Shown here piece after piece: positions 25,395-38,170 of a stretch of DNA of 64,000 nt (its first letter is position 1; the number at the start of each line of letters is the position of its first letter). Made by a program: the position numbers and the translations under genes. Below the pieces are notes generated by a model. The model had not been told where the DNA came from, did not search any database, and saw only the letters and a list, made by a program, of their open reading frames with translations. Where the stretch lies: the NCBI RefSeq assembly GCF_006345805.1, contig NC_043006.1:13144001-13208000 (forward strand). The letters are read 5' to 3'. This DNA comes from Octopus sinensis (Eukaryota).

Positions 25395-25584
25395 TGCCCT
25401 CCGGTCGATCCTCGTTAACGGATTTGAAGTGTACTCATTCCGATCGCGGGGCCTCCACAGAGTCCCGCGTCGTGATTTTTCGTCACTACTTCCCTGTGCC
25501 GGGAGTGGGCAATTTGCGCGCCTGCTGCCTTCCTTGGATGTGGTAGCCGTTTCGCATACTCCCTCTCCGGAATCGAACCCTGAT
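25395..25584 (-). rRNA. 18S: Isolated 18S rRNA fragment (~190 bp, pseudogene)
   Basis: Minus strand contains the universal eukaryotic 18S segment ATCAGGGTTCGATTCCGGAGAGGGAG...AAACGGCTACCACATCCAAGGAAGGCAGCAGGCGCGCAAATT...GTAGTGACGAAAAAT...GGAATGAGTACAC; flanks are not rDNA. Confidence 0.95.
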
Positions 25585-26099
25585 TATAGGCTTACAAAGA
25601 AATTGATTATAGACTGTGCTTGAACTGTCAGAGACTTTAGACGACAGTTGTGTAATAAGAGTGTTTATTACATTTTCCTCCTCTGTTCAAATCAGCTTGG
25701 GGTGGAAATATCTTCTATTTATCTCCTTACTCCGGTATCGATCAAAGATGTATAAATCTCAAATTAGTATATCTCTCATACCCAGTGAAAATTGATTTGG
25801 TTTTGCTGATAATAGAATCTGTGAAGCCAGTGAAGGGTAGAATCTCGCAAAATGCCTTGCGGTATTTACTCGTATCTTAATACATTTTCTGAAGGTGACG
25901 GCTTGGCTAGGTTGTTGCAGTTCTGGATAAGTTGCCCTGCGGCATTGTTCCGGCTCTCTACTCTCTGGGTTCGTTTCACGTTATGCTCAACTTTGCCGTC
26001 ATGTCCTTCTTCCTCCTTTTAGGATCGTTAAATGAAGTACATGTCCAGTGTGGGAAACTGGTGGAATTATTATACAAGATGTCTGTTCCGGCTCTTCAG

Positions 26100-26400
26100 G
26101 AGGGGAGAGTATGGAGTGGTGGAGAGCAAGGAGTGGTGAAGAGCAGTTGGTGGAGAGCGAGGAGTTGTGGAGAGCAGTGGGTGGAGAGCAAGGAGTGGTG
26201 GGCAGCAAGGAGTGGTGGGCAGCAAGGAGTGGTGGGCAGCAAGGAGTGGTGGGCAGCAAGGAGTGGTGGGCAGCAAGGAGTGGTGGGCAGCAAGGAGTGG
26301 TGGGCAGCAAGGAGTGGTGGAGAGCAGGGTTGGGAGTGGGGTTGGAGAGCAGAGGGTGGCGAGCAAGGAGGGAGAGCAGGAGGTGGAGAGTGGGGGTGGT
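26100..26400. repeat. G-rich 17-bp minisatellite (AGGAGTGGTGGGCAGCA), 7 perfect units plus degenerate units
   Basis: Perfect units start at 26191, 26208, 26225, 26242, 26259, 26276, 26293; flanked by a direct repeat 26059-26096 / 26397-26431. Confidence 0.95.
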
Positions 26401-28248
26401 GGAATTATACAAGATGTCTGTTCCGGCTCTTTACGTTCAGTCGGCATCCTCGTCGCGGAAAAAATACTTATTATTACCGTGTCTTTCAGGACCTGACTAC
26501 CAGTGATGGAGTCCAATGACAGACGGATCAACATGTTGATATTTCTTGGTATTACACATTTAGAACAACAACTCCCAGCATGAAAAACGGATAAATGCTA
26601 TTGCAATTCTTTATTTTTATTTAGCTTCAGGTTAACCCAAGCGTTCTATCCATGACCATCTGGTTTTTAAACATTTAGTGAACTTTATTTTCTATTGCAA
26701 TTTTTCTTCATCTTAGACGGGAAGCTACTGTTTGAAGGAGACTTAACTGTTATTTCTTACCGGTGGAGAAAGTTTGTGACGGAGATCTATTTATATGATA
26801 CAATTCAGGAGCTATATGGTCACGACTTGACCTCCCAGAAATAGCAACCAAATTCCCATGAATTACTATCTTAGTAAAGAAACGGACAAGTTCGCTCATG
26901 TGGCCCTGCGTACGGGTTAACGTGACGAGGGGGTCACGACTGGAACGCCCTTGATCAAAGGCTTATTTGATCAGAATTAATCTCAGATTACAAACTAGAA
27001 CAACCACAGGGAAAGATAAATAGTTTAGTCGCTTTTTGTCGCGAATAGATTCAGTTTCAAAATGCTTATAAATGTCTGTGCTGCTATTGACAATGAACAT
27101 CTTTGAAGCAAACATCACTACAAACAAACCTGTAAAAATTGAAATCATTATTTCTCCTTAAGAACTTACGATCTTCTTAAAATTGTCAACATAAGCTACA
27201 GAAATAATTTTGTTGAATTGCGACTATTTTATAATTATTCACAAATAGAAATATATTCACAAATATATTCAGAAATACATGAATACTGCAAACAAAATTT
27301 GTGAGAGAAAGAAAATATTTTACTTCGATCTACGAAAATATGGATTTGTGAATTTCTATTTTCACTGACATAAGAGACATTTTAAGAGAAACCGAAACTA
27401 CGTCAAATTATTTTTCGATTTTCTTAACCTTAAAACTTTTACATTATTAGACTACTAAATTTCTTTTCAGAATTATCGCTTCAGATTTATCTGCTTTGCT
27501 CATATGAAGGCAATACTAATAAAGCTGGAAGTCGTATCATAACATAACACACCTTACATTTACTAAATAACATAAAGCTAAACAGATGGAACTCATGATA
27601 ATTACAGGTAAAATTATGCGACTAGCAATTTTTAAATGTCCAACCTTTTCCAATCTTCCAAGGTAAACAAGCATTGAAAGCTAAACCTTTCATGTTTTCG
27701 ACATTAATAGAGTTAATTTACTGTCATTTCACAATCTCTAAGAAGATATCTCAGATGATATATTGAAAAAAAATAATGTAATATTGATTTTCTAATATCG
27801 GTAGTGTCGCAGTAAAATCAATTTATGTACACGTTGTTTATATTCAATAGAGACGTAGATATAGAATATACTTTGAAAATATAGAGGAAGGAAACAACCA
27901 ACTATGCACCAGACACAACATGAAATATCTACGTTTACCATTTTCTCCAGAGACGTGTGTTATTTTCCCCCACGGATTACAACCTTATAAGTTAATGACA
28001 GGTGCTTAGATAATCCCATTATCTTTGCAGAGATGACATATATTAATTTTACAGAAAGCTAACTAAAATGAGCTTCTGATGACAGCATAAGTGACTGGTC
28101 AAAACAGAGGAGAAATAGGCAAAAGATTTAAAACTCTGGGGCTTGTATATACTGGTTAATAACCGAGGTTCAAATCAGTTGCAGTGGAACTCTGATGAAA
28201 ATTTGACACCAAATAATAAATTATTAGCAATTCCTGTATCTTTGAATA

Positions 28249-28630
28249 TTTTTCCTTACTACCCAGAAGGGGCTAAACATAGAGGGGACAAACAAGATCA
28301 GGGAGTAACTGGTACTTTATTTATCAACCCCGAAAGGATTAAAGGCAAAGTCGACATCGGCGGAATTTGAACTCAGAACGTAACGACAGACGAAATGCCT
28401 ATTTCTTTATTACCCACGAGGGGCTAAACACAGAAGGGACAAACAAGTACAGACAAACGGATCAAGTCGATTACATCGACTCCAGTGCGTAACTGGTACT
28501 TAATTTATCGACCCCGAAAGGATGAAAGGCAAAGTCGACCTCGGCGGAATTTGAACACAGAACGTAACGGCAGACGCAATCCCGCTAAGCATTTCGGCCG
28601 GCGCGCTAACGTTTCTGCCAGCTCGCCGCC
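28249..28630 (-). mobile_element. SINE dimer with headless second unit
   Basis: Junction 28399/28400; TSD gtatctttgaata at 28236-28248 and 28636-28648. Confidence 0.9.
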
Positions 28631-29271
28631 TTCCCGTATCTTTGAATAGCACACAAGATTACTCCCACGTTGCAATTACTAACTAGGATGTGTCATCTTT
28701 AATTCTCCTAATGAGCCCTTCCTCTTCACAATTATTTCCTTTATAATTTCTTAAACTTTTGACTAACATTTAAGATAAATAGAAATATATTTTGGTAACA
28801 ATTTGTTTAACTGTATATTTTAAGTTCCAATTTGAAAATGATTATAAAATCGCTACGTAACACACAATACTGCCTATCCTTATAAATTAATTTCCCAAAG
28901 TTATTCTCTCATCTATTAATGCTTTACTAAAAATATTTATTAACTCAATGTATATTAATACTAATCAATCCATAATGTATTATTGTCTCATCTACCGTAT
29001 TACATCATTATTTAATATCCGTTTCCATTGATTCTGTCACGTTTTTGCTCCCGCCGCATTCTAATAGTAAATTAATAACAGCCAAGTCTTATTGAAAAAT
29101 ATTTATACACAATCTTTCTATATTTGATCCTCCTTCTCTCTCTCTCCCTCTTTATATAACTATCTATCTAACTATCTATCTCTCCTTTCTGTCTTTATCT
29201 CTCTTTCTGTCGATATATATATATATGTATATATGTATGTATGTATATATGAGTATATTATATAATATATA

Positions 29272-29302
<31 letters not shown>

Positions 29303-29386
29303 TATATATATGTATGCATGTATGTATATATATATATATATGTGTATGTGTGTGTGTGTATGTATATCTATCTATCTATATATATA

Positions 29387-29432
<46 letters not shown>

Positions 29433-29517
29433 GTATATATGTATATATTATTGTATCTTATATATATATATAAAGACACGCATATTTATATACCTATGTG
29501 CGGGCATAAATATATAT

Positions 29518-29519
<2 letters not shown>

Positions 29520-29595
<76 letters not shown>
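29520..29595. repeat. (GATA)n microsatellite
   Basis: Visible. Confidence 0.95.
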
Positions 29596-30052
29596 TATAT
29601 GCTTGTAAACATACATAAATCTATACTAACAAACATATATGCATACATTCAAACATATATACAATATATAAGTACATAAATACTTCAGTTGTACCATATA
29701 ACACATGCAGCAGATTATGATATCGATGGATAAAAATGATTTTTGTCACGTGACAATTCGATATTGCGTCAAAATAGTCGCAAGAGAGATACGATAAGAG
29801 TCGATACTGTGTATATATGTGATTCAGTGATACGTTTCAATACATTGTACAATATCAGAATTTATATTAGTAGATGTGGCAATAAATATTTAATCATCTC
29901 CGCCTTAACATGATGTATGAAACGATAATAAACGTCTTGAGAAATGTTATTTAAATATTGATTTTGATATCTTTTAGTATACATTGTGTGGGTTTCTAGT
30001 ATATTTCAGTATATAGGTACACACGTACACACACACACTCGCATAGATAGGT

Positions 30053-30315
30053 ATATGTGTGTGTGTACATATGTATTTATATACATGTATATGTGTGCGT
30101 ATATAGGAATGTATATATATATGTCTATATACATATCTATATATATGTCTATATACATATGTGTGTATATATATATATATATATGTGTGTGTGTACATAT
30201 GTATTTATATACATGTATATGTGTGCGTATATAGGAATGTATATATATATGTCTATATACATATCTATATATATGTCTATATACATATGTGTGTATATAT
30301 ATATATATATATGTG
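30053..30315. repeat. Two-copy 128-bp tandem duplication of compound microsatellite
   Basis: tacatatgtatttatatac at 30066 and 30194. Confidence 0.85.
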
Positions 30316-30384
30316 TGTGTGTATATGTGTATATACGTATATGTATGTATATGTCTGAACATACATAATTATACATCATATATA

Positions 30385-30604
30385 TAGGGCGAATTCACGA
30401 AAAAAAGACAAAAGACGAAGACAGGTGGTGTAGAAAACGAACAGATGTATTTGTATAACGCTCGGGAATAGAAAAAGTCTTTTACGTTTCGAGCCTACGC
30501 TCTTCTACAGAAAGGGACACAGAAAGAACCAAGGAGAGAAACAGGGAGAGAAAAAAAGGAGACAAAAAAAGAGAGAAAAATATAATGTACATAGCTAAGT
30601 ATAT

Positions 30605-30669
<65 letters not shown>

Positions 30670-30745
30670 GAGGGAGAGTTTACGAAAACATAAAAGACGA
30701 AGACAGTTGGTGTACGAAACAAACAGATGTATTAGTATAACGCTC
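30385..30745 (-). mobile_element. Family A element plus partial tandem copy separated by (TA)n
   Basis: Reverse match to 1582-1772; hammerhead-like motif at 30477-30518. Confidence 0.7.
30477..30518 (-). ncRNA. Family A hammerhead-like motif (CUGUAGA)
   Basis: Exact reverse complement of the 1641-1682 motif. Confidence 0.55.
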
Positions 30746-32160
30746 ATATATATATATATATATATATACACACTCATACGTATGTATATTTATACATACA
30801 AACATGCATAAATACATACGTATGTATGTACGCGTATACGTTTAAGAGTAAATTTCTTGTAAGGGTTCAGCATAAATGAATAATGATAGAAAAATGTTTG
30901 AATTGATGGACTTATCTTTTCTTTATTTATGTATAGAAAGGTATAAAATGTCCGATTTTTCTGAGGAAGCGTTAAATACTTCTGTTTATGTACTGCTGTC
31001 TAACGCTGGTGGTTCTCCTTTGTATTATTTGACATCAGATATTATATTATCTTGTCCTAGATCCTCGCCTTCCTTCATTTATTTGTATTTCACTTCGTAT
31101 GGTGTAATTTCGGGGAAGTGAAGCAACGTTGAGACTTCAATGGCGTTGTCTTCTGTAATGATCGCTCTTGCTTCTGTCACTGAAGTATAGATTTTTAGCA
31201 AAACCGCATCCCGTGATGTCATCTTCTTTCAATACTTTCATTTTGGACAACTTTTATTTACCTTCGAAAGAGTTGATAGCATCTCCTTTTTGAATTATTG
31301 ATTCTATGCTGTTCATTTATATTTCATGTTGTCTACTTTTTACTACTTAACCGTTTATACATTTTTTATGTTTCTGTCTTGTTTCTAATAGAGTTTATTT
31401 TTCGTTCCTTCATCTGATCGTGTGTTTTCTAGGATAATTTGTTGACGTTTTTGTCACGTGTTTCTCTTTATCATTCACCTATTCTCTGAGAGCTTTTACT
31501 GTGTTGTTATTTGAAACTTAAATGTCGTCACTTTGTGTTTGTTCAACAATTATTGTTTTGTTAATGTCAGCTTGGAAAAGATCGATTTGACACTTAACGA
31601 TCCTAAGTGGTTTGCTTTCTGAATGAAACAGTTACTTTCTTTCCTTCGGCAAGTCGGTTTTGAGCATTTTTCTTCCCGTCCTGCGATCATTGTTTAACCT
31701 TGCTTATCACTTCACTGTTTCGAACCGTACAATGCCTTGTTTATTTGTTGCAATTTAATCTCAGATTTGCAATCCGAACCTTTCTCGTGTCATTTCTGTT
31801 GCTTCTTAATTTTTGAAGAGGTCACTTGCTATTTCTTTTAGGTCTTTAGAACTTTTAGACAGGCAAAAATATATAAGGTCTTTTCCCCTAACGTTTTCGT
31901 TATTCTCTGAGAATTTTCATAGTAATACGCATTTTCTTCCCTCTCATTTTCCTGGGGTTTATATTTCTCGTTACCAAAGTACAATGGTCAATTACTTCGT
32001 TAACGTATCTATAGATTCGCTTCAGTGCTTTGCTACTCGTAGAGGTGTTGATAGATATAAGTGGATTATTTTAAGGTGGCATCGTGTGATAATTTCAGGA
32101 CAATTCCAGCAACTCGATCAGAAATACCGTTCATTTCATATATGTATGTATATTTGTATA

Positions 32161-32202
<42 letters not shown>

Positions 32203-32239
32203 ATATATATATATAAATAAATACTTTAAATAAGTACTC

Positions 32240-32445
32240 ATTATCACTGTGGAAACCATGTAGGCAGACGGTAAGAAGCTTTTGTTCGTCTTGAAGCTGA
32301 TAGAGGTTCTTTGTATTTCCTGATGAGAAGATGGCATAATGCAACCTTCATTCCTTCGAAATTAAGAATATGCAGTCTTCGAAACATATATCGAAAAGTA
32401 AAGGAATTTTGATAAAATCTTCGTTCGACTCCATTCTTTTCATTT
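32240..32445 (+). mobile_element. Family C hammerhead-bearing pLTR-like element
   Basis: Highly similar to the reverse complement of 36556-36760. Confidence 0.75.
32316..32396 (+). ncRNA. Hammerhead motif, family C (stem III mutated, AUC triplet)
   Basis: TTTC-CTGATGA-GAAGAT...GTCTTC-GAAAC-ATAT-AT-C-GAAA. Confidence 0.6.
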
Positions 32446-32690
32446 ATTCATATAAAAAAACACACAAATTTCCACACACGAACACGGGATTCAGCCCTTG
32501 GCATGTAACTTCAACCGTGTTTTACTGAAGTGAATTCGCTACCCAGGTATCGATTAATAGAATTATCATTAACAGGATAATTCATTCATCTACTTAAATA
32601 TATATATATATATATATATATAATAAAAATAAGCACCAGGATATCAAGTAGTGATGAAATATATACATATATATTTATGTATACGTGTGT

Positions 32691-33140
32691 GTGGAGGCGC
32701 AATGGCCAAGTAGTTAGGGCAGCGGACTCGCGGTCGTAGGATCACGGTTTCGATTCCCAGACCGGGCATTGTGAGTGTTTATTGGGCGAAAACACCCGAG
32801 ATTCCGGCAGGGGGTGGTGGTGAACCCTGCTGTACTCTTTCACCACAAATTTTCCCTCACTCTTTCTTCCTTCCTGTTTCTGTTGTACATGTATTTCAAA
32901 GGGCCAGTCATGTCACACTCTGTGTCACGTTGAATTTCCCCGAGAACTACGTTAAGGGTACACTGGCCCCAAGCTGTATCAGCTGTTGCCTTTCTCTTGT
33001 ATAACATCAGTGGCGTGGGGAGGGGATGCTGATATGCGTGGGCGACTCCTGGTCTCCTAAAAACAACCTTGCTCAGACTTGTGCCTCGGAGGGTAACTTT
33101 CTAAGTGCAATCCCATTGACATTCATGACCGAAGGGGTCA
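32691..33140 (+). mobile_element. Chimeric tRNA-derived SINE (head, M2 long, then tail T2)
   Basis: 32691-32963 matches the 11.5 kb element; 32964-33140 matches the 3' half of the 8.3 kb element. Confidence 0.8.
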
Positions 33141-33182
33141 CAATATATATATATATATATACATTCTCTTATTCTTATATTG

Positions 33183-33487
33183 TTTTACTTGTTTCATACA
33201 GCCGTGCTGGACCACCGCCTTGAAATACTTTAGTCGAACAAATCAACCCCAGAACTTTTTTTAGGCATAGCACTTTGCCGAATCGCTATGTTGCGGGGAC
33301 GTAAGCACACTAACACCGGTTGTCAACGGTGGTTGAGGACAAGTACAGACGTAAAGACACACACACAGATATATTCATACATATGTATAAACCACGGTCT
33401 TCTTTCAGTGTTCTTCTACCAAATCCACTCACAAGGCTTTAGTCGGTCGGATGTTATAGTTGAAGACACTTGCCCAAGCTGCCACGC
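33183..33487 (-). mobile_element. 5'-truncated long SINE
   Basis: Matches body and tail of 2050-2905. Confidence 0.75.
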
Positions 33488-33492
33488 ATATA

Positions 33493-33551
<59 letters not shown>

Positions 33552-33556
<5 letters not shown>

Positions 33557-34332
33557 TTAAAAATAGGATAATATCTTTATAAGAATTTATCAAGTGGTTA
33601 GCGTGAAGGACCTCATACGGGAAAAAAATTATTAATTATTCCCTTTAGATATATTTATGTATATTAATTTTTGTGCACTAATTATGAAATCATATGATCT
33701 GCGGCTGAATCTGTTTTTAAATGACTCGCTTCGAGAGTTGCATTCCCTCGCGTTCGGTACAATGTGTTTATTATGTAGTTTTGACTTTAGGAGTCCCTCC
33801 TAGCGTGAAGCATTTATGTATAGCAATGCCCTTAATATAACTAAATATATTTAAAGGGAATAATTAATAATTTTTGTTTCCCTTATGAGGTTTTTCACGC
33901 TAACTACTTGATAAATTCTTATAATGATTTTATCTATTTTTAAATTGTTAATTTAACCAGAATATTTTCAATACTGAATTTTATTCTGGATAAACATGTG
34001 TACCGAGATGCAATTCGAAAAGCCGACCTCTTACATAGACATATATGTTTGAAAAAGTCTATGTACTATGCTGGATACATTCGGTGTTCGTCTGGTATGT
34101 TGAGTTTTTGTTCATTTTTATGTGTCTTGATTATGCTTGCACTGACGACTGAAAAGTTCATTTTTGTGCACTAATTATGAAATCATATGATCTGCGGCTG
34201 AATCTGTTTTTAAAAGGCTCGCTTCGAGAGTTGCATTCCCTCGCGTTCGGTACAATGTGTTTATTATGGTAGTTTTGACTTTAAGAGTCCCTCCTAGCCT
34301 GAGGCATTTATGTATAGTAATGCCCTTAATAT
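33552..34332. mobile_element. (TA)n-flanked element with inverted arms and a direct internal duplication (family D, PLE-like architecture)
   Basis: Inverted arms 33552-33657 / 33842-33948; direct repeat 33667-33838 / 34160-34332. Confidence 0.6.
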
Positions 34333-34346
34333 ATATATATATATAT

Positions 34347-34378
<32 letters not shown>

Positions 34379-34387
34379 ATATATATA

Positions 34388-34441
<54 letters not shown>

Positions 34442-36376
34442 ATATATATATGTATATATAACATATATATACAATATATATATAGATGTGTAATATATAC
34501 TATATTATATAATATATATATATATATATATATAAGAGATAATGGTCTCATTGAGACCTAAAAGTGTCAGGTAATGCTGAATAAGTGCTATAGACAGACC
34601 ATAGTTAAGTTCCAGATTCGGTAATATTGCGTATGTAATACAGCGTATGTATATAAGAATTTTTTGCGTAATAAAAAAACTAACGCTGTATAGATATTAG
34701 AGCATTTATAGATAGAAGGTCTTATAGCTCTTTCTAGGATATTTATTAATTAATATCCTGGAAACAACTGTAAGACCTTCCATCAATAAATGCTCTAATA
34801 TCTATACGGCCTTGGTTTTTTTATCTTATTACGCAAAAAATTCTTATATATATATATGCGTATATATGTACACACACATGCACACACAACCACACACACA
34901 AACACGGTTATAAAACGTGTAGGGTCTGTGTTGCTCCATCTAGGATGTAGTAAACTGAATGCAGGCCTCAACACAAGGTACAGTGAATAAGACACAGCAT
35001 TTAGCATCGCTGAGATTCCAGGGCGTTATAAGATATATATAACTGCTATAATACCATAAATTAAACACAGCTCACAGCAATTCTGCATAATGACATTTTG
35101 CTGTGTTTTATTCAGCCTTTTTGCAATCGTTTTCTGTATTTTTATCATATGTATATTTGCACAGTTCTCTCTGTACGTCAGGGTCTTGCACTCCGGACAC
35201 ATCTCACTGGTCTGTAACTACGAAAATATCTAAACCTCAATACCATTTCATTGAGTTGCCATATATTGACGACACCCTGCAGTCATATTCTGTAGCATTG
35301 CTCTACAGTTATTAGCTGCTTGTCAATAACCCTAACAGATATTTATATAGCTCTAGGTTTTTTTTATTACTTTTACATTTTATGATTTTGAGCACTTTGT
35401 GACAATTCATTTATATAACAAAAAAGATACCGCATTGTATGCTCTACAAGTTACAACTTGAATATGCGTGCGCATGTATATGTGTGTATGTGTGTGTGTA
35501 TGTATGTATGTGTATGTGTGGGTGTGGTTGTATTCTCGCTATTACACGGCTCTGTGTACAAGTTCTCTCATATTTTAGTACCACTGTACTTCACATGATT
35601 ATACATGAAAGGAAATGAAAATATTGATTGTCAAAACGAACGACATAGATAAAATATTTATCATTGCCCTTACTTTTAGTCACCTCTTTCTCTCTCCCTT
35701 TCTCTCTCACTCTTATAGTCTTACTCTTCTCTCCCTCCTTCGCTCTTTCTCCTTCTCCCTTTCACTCTCTCTATTCTTCTCTCTCTCTCTTTCGCTGCAT
35801 TCTCTCCTCTGTTCCTTATCGCGACAAATTTTGTTCCCATTTTTTATTTCCTTCCAATAGTAATCTTAATCTGTATTCGGTAATCTTTATTTAACTGCGT
35901 GCAAATTATTCATTGTTGAAGCTTAAGCCTGTTATAATGAAGTCATTAACATATTTAAAATAGTTCCTCGGAGGTTGGAGAGGAGGGTTGGGGGTGGGGG
36001 TCGCAGATGGCAAGGTGTCATATTATGACGGTACGTCATGCAACGGAATGGTAGAAACAAGCCAGGAGTCCAGGTGTGGGGTGGGTCGGGGTGAGAATAT
36101 GTCATCTATATATTTTGTTCACACTCTGGATGGTATTGGCATGGTAGGGTATGTTGTATTCAACTGTTTTCCCCCAACTCTCACTCTTCGCATTCGCGTT
36201 AAATTTTTCTCGGTCTTAATATCATTTTAATCAGAGAATGAAATTAAATGAACGGAAAATCTGAGCAAAGAGATTTGTGTCAAATAAAATACTTGTTGAA
36301 ATATTGATTTCTGGCGTAAAGACAACGATTCGGATTTACAGTGTAGGAAATTTGATTTCAAGTTTACATGTATGGC

Positions 36377-36530
36377 TGCATGGTAAAGAAGCTTGCGTTC
36401 TAAACCAAGTGAATTCGGGTTCGGTCCCATCGCGCAAGGCTTTCTCTAAATGTCTTCTACTGTAACCCCAGACTGACCAATGCCTAGTGAGAGAATATGG
36501 TAGACGGAAACTGTGTGGAAGCCCAACTTA
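36377..36530 (+). mobile_element. Long-SINE head and body fragment
   Basis: ggtaaagaagcttgc...gggttcggtccc...tgtcttctactgta...gacggaaactg. Confidence 0.7.
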
Positions 36531-36555
36531 TACATATATATATATATATATATAT

Positions 36556-36760
36556 AAATGAAAAGAATGGAGTCGAACGAAGATTTTATCAAAATTCCTT
36601 TACTTTCGACATATGTTTCGAAGACTGCATATTCTTAATTCCGAAGGAATGAAGGTTGCATTATGCCGTCATCTCATCAGGAAATACAAGGAACCTCTAT
36701 CAGCCTCAAGACGAACAAAAGCTTCTTACCGTCTGCCTACATGGTTTCCACAGTGATAAT
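36556..36760 (-). mobile_element. Family C element flanked by (TA)n on both sides
   Basis: Reverse match to 32240-32445. Confidence 0.75.
36604..36684 (-). ncRNA. Canonical type I hammerhead ribozyme motif with extended stem II, family C
   Basis: Minus: TTTC-CTGATGA-GATGAC-G-GCATA...TATGC-A-GTCTTC-GAA-ACATATGT-C-GAAA; GUC triplet, palindromic stem III, 4-bp stem I. Confidence 0.8.
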
Positions 36761-36973
36761 ATATATATATATATATACTAAGCAATAAAGGGTTTAGCAA
36801 CGAATTGCCTTACCACATACCGAATTTAGAAATAGCAGTCAAAGAGTTATAGCTATTTCTTCTACTAAAAAGGGAGATCTCAGTAAAAACAGCAATTGAG
36901 GCTTTTACATGCCGAAGTCTACTTGGTGTAATTGATAATTATTCCAAATTAATTAATTTCACCCTTCATTATT

Positions 36974-37014
<41 letters not shown>

Positions 37015-37017
<3 letters not shown>

Positions 37018-37419
37018 TGCTAAGCCCGGTTTCACCCGGTCTATTTGGATGATGTGGTTGTGATCGTTTTCAGTTAGCATAATCTATAACAGCGTTTGTC
37101 AATCTTATCATTTCGGGTCTCCTGTTTCGATTGGAGCCTCCAACTATATGAAAATGTCCTGATCCCACCCCGTCAGAAAACAGCTTCTAAGCAACTGGTT
37201 GTTTTAATGGCAGAAGAAAGAGGGAAATTCCATTAGAAAAGTTTTAATCGGTTTTCTCAGTAAATATGGGGATTAGGAAAAAATACAAACTGCATTCCAA
37301 TCTATGCACCCGTCACCACGTGTGTGCCATTTTTCATGTGAATCCACCCAGCCGTTTGGCTGTGAACCTCAAGACAAGAAAGAATACAACGATCGTCCAT
37401 GTCCAATTTATATTATAGA
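37015..37419 (-). mobile_element. Non-autonomous Helitron-like element
   Basis: Minus strand starts A|TCTATAATATAAA and ends with hairpin CCGG-GTGAAA-CCGG; terminal CTAG not intact. Confidence 0.5.
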
Positions 37420-37799
37420 TATGTGTCTGTCTGTTTGTGAGTGTGTGGCTGTGTGCGAGAGAGAGAGAGAGAGAGAGGGAGAGAGTGTGTGGTTGGATAG
37501 TCCCAGTTGGTCACACTCGGAAACCCAGCCAGCCAGACGATGTAATGACGGTTGTTTTTGGTAGGACCTTATGGAGGAAGTGCTTCCGACTCTACTCACA
37601 TAGCCCTCCGAAGAATAGTGGGCGGAGAAAATGAGTAGAGAGATGGAACAGTGTTATCACCTCGGCTTGACAAAAACTTATCTTTTGCTGCTAACCATTC
37701 CCAATTATTTCACAGAACATTCCTGAAATATTCGTCGATGGATGTGTAATAGGTGGAAATGGAAGACGGCTGAAAGAATACAAGTCAAAATTAAAATGT

Positions 37800-38170
37800 G
37801 GCACTGAAAGCTACACCAATGCTAGAACGGAACGACTCTGCATAGTGCCAAAGGTCCCAACAATGCCATCACGCTTCAGGACCAGTTACTGCAACAGCCT
37901 GGGTTTCAAGGGCCCACAGCTTTTTAATATTTTCCCAAAGACTCTGAGGAACTTGCACAAAGTAGATGTAGGTTTTTTTAAATCAAAGCTGGACCTCTTC
38001 CTGTCGAGAGTCCCAGATGAACCTACCTGAAGGCAAGAGGTGAAAATCAGGGTAGCAACATCAAACCCCATTCTTCACCAAGTGCCACATATTAGAGGAG
38101 GTTCTTAGTAATAACCGTGTAGCAAAACGGCGGTGCATTAGCATGGCCAGAGCTCTGAGCTGAAACTAGA
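37800..38170 (+). pseudogene. 3' fragment of a CR1/L2-group LINE
   Basis: NSLGFKGPQLFNIFPKTLRNL...FKSKLDLFLSRVPDEP resembles the C-terminal P-L(F/W)N-LP...FK--LD motif. Confidence 0.65.

Noticed and set aside
25932-26534. Overlapping ORFs with 17-aa repeats
   Set aside because: Consequence of the stop-free 17-bp minisatellite, open on both strands
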